Below the pieces are notes generated by a model, which was given only the letters and a program-made list of their open reading frames with translations, was not told the DNA's origin and searched no databases. The translations under genes were made by a program, and so were the position numbers. From Candidatus Dormiibacterota bacterium (GTDB taxonomy: Bacteria > Chloroflexota > Dormibacteria > Aeolococcales > Aeolococcaceae): a DNA stretch of 64,000 nucleotides. Of the stretch, positions 8,788 to 16,608 are shown in pieces (the stretch's first letter is position 1; each line of letters starts with the position of its first letter). The DNA is taken from positions 564,737 through 628,736 of the forward strand of contig CAVZPR010000002.1 in NCBI GenBank assembly GCA_963777285.1, read 5' to 3'.

Positions 8788-10254
8788 ATGAGCGAGCATG
8801 GCGGCCCGATGCGCACGCGCTTCGCACCGTCTCCGACCGGACCGCTGCACTTCGGTTCGGTGCGCACCGCCCTCTTCGCGTGGCTTGCGGCGCGCCACGA
8901 TGGCGGTCAATTCCTGCTCCGCATCGAGGACACCGACCAGCAGCGCTACATCCCGGGCAGCGAGGCGCTGATCGTCGAGACGCTGCGCTGGCTCGGCTTG
9001 GAGTGGGACGAGGGGCCGGAGCACGGTGGACCGCACGCGCCCTACGTGCAGTCGGAGCGCACTGAGATCTACCAGGAGCACGCGGAGACGCTGGCGCGCA
9101 GCGGCGCCGCGTACTGGTGCACGTGCAGCCCGGAGCGGCTCGCCGAAATGCGCCAGGCGCAGCGCGGCGCGTCGCAGGCGACGCGATACGACCGCCGCTG
9201 CCTCGACCGTCAGGACGACGTCGCCCGCGAGCGTGTCGCCGGCGCGGCCGCTGTGCTGCGCTTGCGCATGCCCGACGGCACCACGGAGTGGGACGACCTG
9301 GTGCGCGGCCGCGTGGTCTTCGACAACGCCGATGTCGACGACCAGGTGCTGCTCAAGTCGGACGGCTTCCCCACGTACCACCTCGCGGTCGTCGTCGACG
9401 ACCACCTGATGGAGATCACGCACGTCATCCGCTCCGAGGAGTGGATTCCGTCGACGCCGAAGCACCTCGCCCTGTACCGCGCCCTGGGATGGTCGGCGCC
9501 GTGCTTCGCACACGTGCCGGTGGTGCTCGGTCCCGACGGGCTGAAGCTGAGCAAGCGGCGCGGGGCCCGCAACGTCCTCGAGTACGGCGAGCTGGGCTAC
9601 CTGCCCAGCGCCGTGGTCAACGCCATGGCGCTGCTGGGCTGGTCGTCCGGGACGGAGGACGAGGTGTTCACCCTCGAGGACCTGCGCGAGCGATTCTCGC
9701 TGGAGCGGATCCACGCGGCGCCGGCCGTGTTCGACCCCAAACGTCTCGACGATCTCAACGGCGTCCACATCCGGCGCCTGGACACGGAGGAGCTGGTCGA
9801 GGCGCTGGAGTTCCACCTCCAGGGCACCAGCAAGGAGACGCGCCGCGCGCTGGTGCCGATGCTCCGAGAGCGGATGGTCACGCTGACGGACGCGCCGCGT
9901 CTCGCGGGGCCGCTGCTGGGCGACCTCGTCTGGCAGCCCGACGTCGAGTTCCCGCCGCGCGGCGTCGACCCCGGCCTGGCCGCGAAGCTGCTCGACGCGT
10001 GCATCACCGCCGTCGAGGCGGGAATGCTCGGCGACCCAGTCGCCCTGCGCGAGCGCCTCGGTGCCGTCGTGGAAGACGCCGGCGCCAAACCGCGGGTGGC
10101 GTTCCGCGTCCTCTACGTCGCGATCCTGGGCAGCCCCGCCGGGCTTCCGGTGTTCGACTCGATGGCGTTCCTCGGCGCAGACCGGGTGCTGCTGCGGCTG
10201 CGCGCAGCCCGTGGGCTGTTGACCAACTCGCCGCCGGCCGCCCCCGCGGGCTAG
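8788..10254 (+). CDS. gltX: glutamate--tRNA ligase
   Basis: RFAPSPTGPLHFGS is the HIGH region and LKLSKRRG is the KMSKS region. An alternative start is the MRTRF ATG at 8809. Confidence 0.95.
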   Translation: MSEHGGPMRTRFAPSPTGPLHFGSVRTALFAWLAARHDGGQFLLRIEDTDQQRYIPGSEALIVETLRWLGLEWDEGPEHGGPHAPYVQSERTEIYQEHAETLARSGAAYWCTCSPERLAEMRQAQRGASQATRYDRRCLDRQDDVARERVAGAAAVLRLRMPDGTTEWDDLVRGRVVFDNADVDDQVLLKSDGFPTYHLAVVVDDHLMEITHVIRSEEWIPSTPKHLALYRALGWSAPCFAHVPVVLGPDGLKLSKRRGARNVLEYGELGYLPSAVVNAMALLGWSSGTEDEVFTLEDLRERFSLERIHAAPAVFDPKRLDDLNGVHIRRLDTEELVEALEFHLQGTSKETRRALVPMLRERMVTLTDAPRLAGPLLGDLVWQPDVEFPPRGVDPGLAAKLLDACITAVEAGMLGDPVALRERLGAVVEDAGAKPRVAFRVLYVAILGSPAGLPVFDSMAFLGADRVLLRLRAARGLLTNSPPAAPAG

Positions 10255-10748
10255 GGGCCGCCCAGCCCGCGCTCCGCCGCTCCGCGGGCGGCCTGCGGCT
10301 CACGGCGGGCGCCCGGGCGGTGCACCGCGCGAGGGCGCGGTGGCCGCGGCCGGGCCGCCGGAGCGGACGCGCGCAGAGCACGATCTCGGACCGCCGGCGT
10401 GGCACCTTCGACTCCGCGGCCGAGCTGCGGCGCGGGGTCGCGCAGGCCGGGGCCTGGCGGTGCGAACGGAGGCGGGGCAGGCGGCGGCGGGGGCGGCGGC
10501 GCGGGGTGCCACCGGTGCACCAGCGCGAGCACGGCCCGGCGGCCGAGGCGCAGGGCGATCCGGTCGACGCCGGTGGCCCGTACCGCGACGAGCCCGCCGG
10601 TGACGAACGCGCTGACCGGGAAGTAGGCGGCGAACAGGGAGAGACCGGCGAGCACGCCGAACGCGGTGAGTATCGGATGCCGCCGGGCGAAGGATGGCCC
10701 TGGGGGAGGTGCCGCCGCGGCGGGGCTGCCGCCGGCTCTCGCTGTCAC
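10251..10748 (-). CDS. possible small membrane protein with a proline-rich tail (weak call)
   Basis: This is the C-terminal tail of shadow ORF 10251..13016. It reads ...RRHPILTAFGVLAGLSLFAAYFPVSAFVTGGLVAV...PAPPPPPPPAPPP. GC3 is high, but there is only a GTG start and no ribosome-binding site. Confidence 0.3.
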   Translation of the reverse strand: MTARAGGSPAAAAPPPGPSFARRHPILTAFGVLAGLSLFAAYFPVSAFVTGGLVAVRATGVDRIALRLGRRAVLALVHRWHPAPPPPPPPAPPPFAPPGPGLRDPAPQLGRGVEGATPAVRDRALRASAPAARPRPPRPRAVHRPGARREPQAARGAAERGLGGP

Positions 10749-10886
10749 GGCGGCAACGTTAGCGGCGGGCCGCAGACCGGCCGGGGACAAAGCGCCCCAG
10801 GCGCCGCTGTCACGCGCCGTCCACAGGTTCGTCGCGGGCCGGAGACAGATCCGTTTCCCGGGGTCGGAGCCGGGACGATTCGCCTG

Positions 10887-12719
10887 ATGTCGGCAGTCAT
10901 CCCAGCGCGGGGGACATGGCGGTGGCGCGGCTCGCTGACGGGGGCGCAGCGGCTGATCGCGTTCGCCACCGCGCTCGGCGCCTGCGGCGTCGTGCTGCTC
11001 GCGACCGCGCCCGCAGACCAGGCCACCGCGACGTGGCTCAGCGTCCCCTGGTGGGCCGTGCTGGTGGCCTGCTACGCCACCAGCGTCGTCTCCGTGCAGC
11101 TGCGCGTCTCGGGCTTCGGCACGACGCTCTCGCTCAGCGACATCCCGCTGGCGGTCGGCCTGTTCACGGTCGAGCCGCGCATCCTCGCAGTCTGCTACGT
11201 CGCCGGCGTGCTCGCCGGCAACTGGACCCGGCGCGGCATGCAACCGCTGCTCGACTACAGCCGCCTGATGCTCGACGTCCTCTACGTCGCGGCAGCGGTG
11301 GTGGTGTTCGCTGCGGTCGGACCTGCCCGCGGCGACCCGGCGACGCTGCGCAGCGTCGTGGCACTCGTCGCGGCGATGCTGACGGCGGGATGCGTCGTCT
11401 CGCCGCTGGCGTTGAGCACGGGAAGCTACCTGTACGCGGGGCGCTTCGACGGTGGAGAGTCGGTTCGCGCACTGGCGTTGCAGGCCGCCGCCTCGATCAC
11501 CAGCACGTGCATCGCACTGGTCGGATTGGCGCTCGCGCACACCCGTCCGCTGCTCGCGCTGGCGCTGCTCCCGCCTGCGGCGTTCGTGCTGCTCGGCCAG
11601 CGCGCCGCGGGGGAGACGCGCCGTCGCGCCGACCGAATGGAATTCCTCTACCACACCAACGAGGTGCTGCACTCCAGCTCGCGCATCGACGAGCGCGCGG
11701 GCGAGATGCTGCGCGCCATGGCGGCGACGTTCGGGGTTGCCCGCGCCGAGCTGCTGCTGCTTCCCGAGGCGCGAGGCGCCGCCATCCGTTTCATCTCGCA
11801 GGGCCGGGACGATCGCGCCGAGGTCTCCTCCGCGGAGCTGACGTACGCCGAGCAGGAGACCCTCAACTTGCTTCGCGACGAACCCGTGCTCACCGCATCG
11901 GAGTCCGACGCCGCGTCGCCCGTCGGATTGCTGCTCGCCGAGCGGCACATGCGCTTCGGCACCGTGGCCGCGCTGCGTGGCCACGAGAAGCTGCGCGGCA
12001 TGCTGCTGCTGCTCGATCCGCTGCACGGCGATCTGGCACCCGCCGGACAGGAGCGCAACCTCCTCCTCGCCGTGTCGTCGCAGATCAGCGCCGCCTTCGA
12101 GAACGGACAGCTCGCCGGCGCCATCCGGGCCATGAGCGCGGAGAAGGACGAGCTCACGCGACGCGCCTTCTACGACCCGCTGACGCAGATCCCCAACCGT
12201 GCCCTCTTCCTCGACACCGTCAGCAAGGCGTTCACGCGCATGCCCGACACGCGCCGCGCGCTGGCCCTGATGTTCATCGACCTCGACGGGTTCAAGCAGA
12301 TCAACGACACGCACGGCCATGCGATGGGTGACGAGGTGCTCAACGGCATCGCGGCGCGGCTCCGTGCGCAGATCCGCAAGCTCGACATGGTCGCGCGCCT
12401 CGGCGGCGACGAGTTCGGCATCCTCATCAACGGCATGCGCAATCCCACCGACGCGCCCTTCGTGGCGCGGCGCATCGTGGCCATCCTGCACTCTCCGCTG
12501 CAGATCGACGGCCAGGTGGTGTGTGTGGGCGGCAGCGTCGGCGTCACCGTGGTCGACGACCCGCTCTCGCCGCTCACCCCCGATGAGGCGCTGCGCCGCG
12601 CCGACATGGCGATGTACCTGGCCAAGCGTCAGGGCAAGAACCGCTACGTCATCTTCGACAACCGCTCGCGCGACACGGTGATCGCGGCTGCACCCGAGGT
12701 GCTGGCGAATACCATGTGA
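10887..12719 (+). CDS. membrane-anchored GAF/GGDEF diguanylate cyclase
   Basis: This is the real part of the 1200-aa ORF 9117..12719, from ATG 10887 (MSAVIPARG...). It has a multi-TM N-terminus and a GAF-like middle. The cyclase motifs are YDPLTQIPNR, FIDLDGFKQINDTHGH and RLGGDEFG. Confidence 0.9.
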   Translation: MSAVIPARGTWRWRGSLTGAQRLIAFATALGACGVVLLATAPADQATATWLSVPWWAVLVACYATSVVSVQLRVSGFGTTLSLSDIPLAVGLFTVEPRILAVCYVAGVLAGNWTRRGMQPLLDYSRLMLDVLYVAAAVVVFAAVGPARGDPATLRSVVALVAAMLTAGCVVSPLALSTGSYLYAGRFDGGESVRALALQAAASITSTCIALVGLALAHTRPLLALALLPPAAFVLLGQRAAGETRRRADRMEFLYHTNEVLHSSSRIDERAGEMLRAMAATFGVARAELLLLPEARGAAIRFISQGRDDRAEVSSAELTYAEQETLNLLRDEPVLTASESDAASPVGLLLAERHMRFGTVAALRGHEKLRGMLLLLDPLHGDLAPAGQERNLLLAVSSQISAAFENGQLAGAIRAMSAEKDELTRRAFYDPLTQIPNRALFLDTVSKAFTRMPDTRRALALMFIDLDGFKQINDTHGHAMGDEVLNGIAARLRAQIRKLDMVARLGGDEFGILINGMRNPTDAPFVARRIVAILHSPLQIDGQVVCVGGSVGVTVVDDPLSPLTPDEALRRADMAMYLAKRQGKNRYVIFDNRSRDTVIAAAPEVLANTM

Positions 12720-12722
12720 GCG

Positions 12723-13499
12723 ATGCGCACGCCGCGGTGTCTCACCGTCGCGGCGTCGGACTCCGGCGGCGGCGCCGGGATCCAGGCGGACTTGCGCGCC
12801 TTCGCCGCTGCCGGCTGCTTCGGCGCCAGCGTCGTGGTGGCGGTCACGGCGCAGAACACCGTCGCGCTGACCGCGCTCCACGAGGTCCCGCCCCAGGTCG
12901 TCGACGCGCAGCTCGAGGTGGTGCTCGACGACATCGACGTCGACGCGGTGAAGACCGGCGCGCTGGTCTCGGCGACGATCGTCGAGGTCGTGGCAGGGAG
13001 GCTTCGCGGCCGCCACCTGCCGCTGGTGGTGGACCCCGTCGGCTTCGCCTCAACCGGCGCCCGGCTGGCGACGCCCGAGGCGGTCGAGGCGATGGTGGCG
13101 CTGCTGTTTCCGCTGGCCACGGTGGTCACCCCGAATCTCACCGAGGCCGCCGTGCTGGCGGGGGCGCCGGGCAGCCGCCGGGAGATGGCCGAGCGCATCG
13201 CCGCCCGCGGTGCCCGCGCCGTGCTGGTGACGGGCGGGCACGGCGAGCCGGTCGACCACCTGCTCATCGGCGAGCGCCACCTGGAGATCCCGGTGCAGCG
13301 CGTCGAGTTGGGCGCCACACACGGCTCGGGGTGCACCCACTCCGCGGTGCTGACCGCGGAGCTGGCCAAAGGCCGCTCGCTGGAGGACGCGGCCGTCACC
13401 GCCGCCGCTGTGACCGCGGCAGCGGTCTCCCGCGGCTTGGCCGACGTCGGCGCCGGCGACGGACCGGTGGACGTGCTCGACCTGGCCGCGCGACGCTAG
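12723..13499 (+). CDS. thiD: hydroxymethylpyrimidine/phosphomethylpyrimidine kinase
   Basis: LTVAASDSGGGAGIQADLRAF...KTGAL...GSGCTHSA are the typical ThiD motifs. Confidence 0.9.
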   Translation: MRTPRCLTVAASDSGGGAGIQADLRAFAAAGCFGASVVVAVTAQNTVALTALHEVPPQVVDAQLEVVLDDIDVDAVKTGALVSATIVEVVAGRLRGRHLPLVVDPVGFASTGARLATPEAVEAMVALLFPLATVVTPNLTEAAVLAGAPGSRREMAERIAARGARAVLVTGGHGEPVDHLLIGERHLEIPVQRVELGATHGSGCTHSAVLTAELAKGRSLEDAAVTAAAVTAAAVSRGLADVGAGDGPVDVLDLAARR

Positions 13500-14110
13500 G
13501 GCGGGGAGCTCCAGCGCCGCCGCACCACGATCGCCAGCCCCACGAGGCAGCCGAGGTCGGCGAGGAGCAGCGCCGGTCCTGGCTCGAGTCCGTCGCCGAA
13601 GGTCAGCCCCGCGACGGGGCTGAGCGGCTCGATCGGGGGGATGCGCACGCCCGCCAGGCCGAGGCCACCTGCGGCTGCATGCGACTGCGACAGCGGCGCG
13701 AAGGGAGATGGGTCGGCCGCTGCGCGCACCGGCTGGCGCGAAGCGGATGCAGACCCGCCTCCGGACGCGCGGCTCGCGGGCGCGGCCGCTGCTGCGGGGC
13801 CGGTCGGGGCCGGGACCGCCGGCACGGGCGCGGCGCTGGGTTGCGGCGCCGCCGTCGCGGTGGTTCCGAGCGTGGGAGCCGGGTCGGCGCTGGGTGCCGG
13901 ATCCATCCCTCCGTCGGTGGGGGCGCCCTGGCCGGTCGGGGCGGGAGTCGCCTCGGCGGTGGGCGCGGGCGTGCCGCTCGGGGAAGGCGTCGGCGGCGGC
14001 AGGTGGCGGCGGTGGTGGGCCTGCTGCAGCAGCGGCGACGTCGCCGCGTCCACACGGGTGGCGGTGGTTGCGGCCAGCGCGGCGCAGGACACCAGGGCGA
14101 GCGCGAACAT
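13496..14110 (-). CDS. secreted Pro/Ala-rich protein with a C-terminal hydrophobic anchor
   Basis: ORF 13496..14203 trimmed to the signal-like MFALALVSCAALAAT. The body is a long P/A/T-rich region. The C-terminus LLLADLGCLVGLAIVVRRRW is a TM segment followed by basic residues. Confidence 0.5.
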   Translation of the reverse strand: MFALALVSCAALAATTATRVDAATSPLLQQAHHRRHLPPPTPSPSGTPAPTAEATPAPTGQGAPTDGGMDPAPSADPAPTLGTTATAAPQPSAAPVPAVPAPTGPAAAAAPASRASGGGSASASRQPVRAAADPSPFAPLSQSHAAAGGLGLAGVRIPPIEPLSPVAGLTFGDGLEPGPALLLADLGCLVGLAIVVRRRWSSPP

Positions 14111-14286
14111 CTCGAGCGCACGTCCACCCCGTCCGCTCCTTGTTCCCCTGCTAGTCCCCAGCAAGAACACGGCGCCATCAGTGTCGCCGCGCCGCGGCCG
14201 CACGGATCGCCCATCGGCGCTTCGCGACGCGGCTTCACCAGGCCGCGATGCGGACGCCGTTCAGGATGTTGCGACCGGCAGACCTC

Positions 14287-14715
14287 TCAGCGGCGGTGCG
14301 CCGAGGTCACGTTGCGGAAGCGGCGCACGATTTCCGGGAGCAGGTTGACCGCCACCACCGGGTGGGCAAGCAGGAACTGCCGGAACTGGTTCACCGGCAG
14401 CGTCACGCAGCGCAGCTGCGTGTCCGCTCGCACGGACGCGGTGCGCGGACCGCCGTCGAGGGCCGCCACCTCGCCGAAGAAGTCGCCGGGGCCAAGCGTG
14501 GCGATCACGTTGCCGTCGATGATCACCGAGGCGGTGCCGTCCAGGATGATGAAGAACTCGGGCCCCTGCATCCCCTCGGTGAGGATGCCGTGGCCGGCGA
14601 GGTATGTGGCGTCGTCGAAGCGCGACACGACGTCCTGCAGCTCCTGCCTGCTGACGTCGCGGAAGAGCTGCATCCTTTCCAGCGTGGGGATCACGTCCTC
14701 GCGCGTGGTGGCCAT
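14287..14715 (-). CDS. cyclic-nucleotide-binding domain protein (stand-alone)
   Basis: 142-aa ORF. GDFFGEVAALDGGPRTASVRA is the FGE...RTA phosphate-binding cassette. Confidence 0.85.
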   Translation of the reverse strand: MATTREDVIPTLERMQLFRDVSRQELQDVVSRFDDATYLAGHGILTEGMQGPEFFIILDGTASVIIDGNVIATLGPGDFFGEVAALDGGPRTASVRADTQLRCVTLPVNQFRQFLLAHPVVAVNLLPEIVRRFRNVTSAHRR

Positions 14716-14778
14716 CTGATCATCCCTCCGTGGCTGGTGCTGGTGGAGTGTATCTGCGCCGCAGGGGCGCCCGCGGCG

Positions 14779-16413
14779 TCAGTGGCCGGTGGCCAGCTCC
14801 ACCGCCTTGACCAGCAGCAGCAGCACCGCGACCACCAGGTAGCTGCTCAGCGCGTACAGCGCCACCTGCCGGCCGCGCGACGCCGCCGGCCGCGAGAGCA
14901 GCGCCAGCGGTGGCATGCGCCACGTTTCCCGCTCCTGGCGGCCCGGCGGCGCTGTCGCCGCCCGGTGCGAGCGCATCGAGACCACGGCGATGCCCACCAC
15001 CGCGACCGCGAGAGCCGGCACCAGCACCCGCATCAGCGCGCTCACATCGAGCGCTGGATAGATCGTGGTCACGACCAGCGTCATCGAGAGCGCGAGCAGC
15101 ACCGCGAGGATGACCGCCGCCAGCGCGTTGAGCCACTCGCGGTTGACCCACGGCCCCAGGATGTCACGGTCGTTGCACAGCATGAGTGCGAAGAGGATCG
15201 CTCCCGGGAGCAACAAGCCGGCCAGCGCCTGCACCGCGGTGGTGAACAGGCCCAACGGCGCGTTCGGGATGAGAACGATTCCCGCAGCGACCGCGACCAG
15301 CGCGGTGAAGCTCGCGTAGAACGGCTTCGCCTCACGCCAGGAGCGATGCAGCGAGTTGCGGATCCCGAATGCGTCGCCGAATGCATACGAAGTGGCCAGC
15401 GTCACCGCGCTCGCGCCGATGATCGATGCGTCGATGAGCACCACGGCGAAGATGGCGCCCAGCGCGTTGCCGCCGTGTCGCGCCAGGCCCCGCGCGACCG
15501 TCTCGCCGTTGACGTAGTTGCCTGCATCGGCGGTGCCGTGGAATGCTGCGGCTGCGGCCAGCATGATCGCCGCGGCACCGATCACCACCACGAACGCGCC
15601 GACCACCGTGTCGGTGCGCTCGTACGCGATCCAGCGCGGCGTGATGCGCTTGTCGACCACGTTGGACTGCTGGAAGAACAGTTGCCACGGCGTGACCGTC
15701 GTACCCACGACCGCGATGACGAGCAGGATCGCGTTGCCGCTCAGGCCGCCCTGGATGCCGGGAACGAAGAGGTCGTGCGCGGCCACGCCCCATGACGGCC
15801 GGCTGAGCACCGCCAAGGGGATCACCAGCAGGTTGCTGACGATGAAGACGAACATGAGCCGTTCCCATGTCTGGAACTGGCCACTCACCGTGATGGCGAC
15901 GAGCAGCACGGCGACGACCGGCACCGCAACGAGCGGTGTCAGGCCGAAGTACTCGGCGCCGAGCGCCACACCCACGAACTCGGTGGCCAGCGTGAGGAAG
16001 TTGAGCAGGAAGAGTCCGGACACGGAGTAGAGGCCCCACAGCTTGCCGAAGCGTTCGAAGATGAGCCGCGCGTGGCCCACGCCGGTGACCGCGCCGAGGC
16101 GCACCACCATCTCCTGGTTGACGATGAGCACCGGGACGAGCAGCAGCAGCGTCCACAGCAGGCTGGTGCCGTAGTTCTGCCCCGCCTGTGCGTACGTGGC
16201 CACACCGCCCGCGTCGTTGTCACCGACCATGACGATGAGTCCCGGGCCCATGATCGCCGCCAGCGCCAGCAGCCGCTGCCGCCATGTGCGCTGCGTGGCG
16301 CGCTCTCCCTGACGGATGGTGCCGAACGCGCCGCGGATGTCACCGGCGCGCGCATCGTCGAGCACCGCCGTGGCGCCTCCGCGAGCCGGGCTGCGAACCT
16401 TCTCGTCGACCAA
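14779..16413 (-). CDS. NRAMP (SLC11) family transporter with a non-canonical metal-site motif
   Basis: 544-aa ORF with a TTG start at 16413 and a GGGAGG ribosome-binding site. It reads GPGLIVMVGDNDAGGVATYAQAGQNYGTSLLW where canonical members have DPGN. It reads VGTTVTPWQLFFQQS where canonical members have A..MPHN. It also has an extra C-terminal extension with TM segments. Confidence 0.85.
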   Translation of the reverse strand: MVDEKVRSPARGGATAVLDDARAGDIRGAFGTIRQGERATQRTWRQRLLALAAIMGPGLIVMVGDNDAGGVATYAQAGQNYGTSLLWTLLLLVPVLIVNQEMVVRLGAVTGVGHARLIFERFGKLWGLYSVSGLFLLNFLTLATEFVGVALGAEYFGLTPLVAVPVVAVLLVAITVSGQFQTWERLMFVFIVSNLLVIPLAVLSRPSWGVAAHDLFVPGIQGGLSGNAILLVIAVVGTTVTPWQLFFQQSNVVDKRITPRWIAYERTDTVVGAFVVVIGAAAIMLAAAAAFHGTADAGNYVNGETVARGLARHGGNALGAIFAVVLIDASIIGASAVTLATSYAFGDAFGIRNSLHRSWREAKPFYASFTALVAVAAGIVLIPNAPLGLFTTAVQALAGLLLPGAILFALMLCNDRDILGPWVNREWLNALAAVILAVLLALSMTLVVTTIYPALDVSALMRVLVPALAVAVVGIAVVSMRSHRAATAPPGRQERETWRMPPLALLSRPAASRGRQVALYALSSYLVVAVLLLLVKAVELATGH

Positions 16414-16417
16414 GTCG

Positions 16418-16471
16418 GACCTCCCACCGTCGCTGATGGCAAGGCTGAGCGGGGCGTCCGCTCAGGAGGTC
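16418..16471 (-). promoter_or_regulatory. possible SD-sequestering structure in the NRAMP leader
   Basis: On the mRNA, GACCTCC (plus strand 16465-16471) is complementary to the SD GGAGGTC (16418-16424). Together they enclose a perfect 8-bp hairpin, CTGAGCGG-n5-CCGCTCAG (16445-16465). Confidence 0.3.
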
Positions 16472-16608
16472 ACGTGCTGCGACCCCTCCGTGCGGGCGCG
16501 CCCCGACGTTGCCGGGAACGGGGACTGCCGTCGCCGTCCATGCACACCTCAGCAACGCCCGGCCGTCAGAGCGCATCCGAGCCGGGGAACGGCCGGCGGG
16601 CTCCGGCC

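Noticed and set aside
9117-10886. The N-terminal ~590 codons of the 1200-aa ORF 9117..12719, plus similar giant ORFs: 10251..13016(-), 2919..4199(+), 23654..26221(+), 26189..27052(-), 38774..41347(-) upstream of 39637, 57573..59441(+), 12716..14719(+) and 16072..17985(+).
   Set aside because: These are Arg/Gly/Ala/Pro-rich shadow frames, overlapping or antisense to genes with clear family motifs (gltX, clpB, argS, groEL, thiD and others). This is the expected stop-codon-poor artefact of very GC-rich DNA.
12700-12725. A TPP riboswitch upstream of thiD.
   Set aside because: thiD starts 3 nt after the stop of the diguanylate cyclase gene, which leaves no room for a leader.
16472-16608. An M-box or yybP-ykoY metal riboswitch in the distal part of the NRAMP leader.
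   Set aside because: I could not find the conserved core sequences by eye. Only the SD-sequestering helix is reported. A covariance-model scan is needed.
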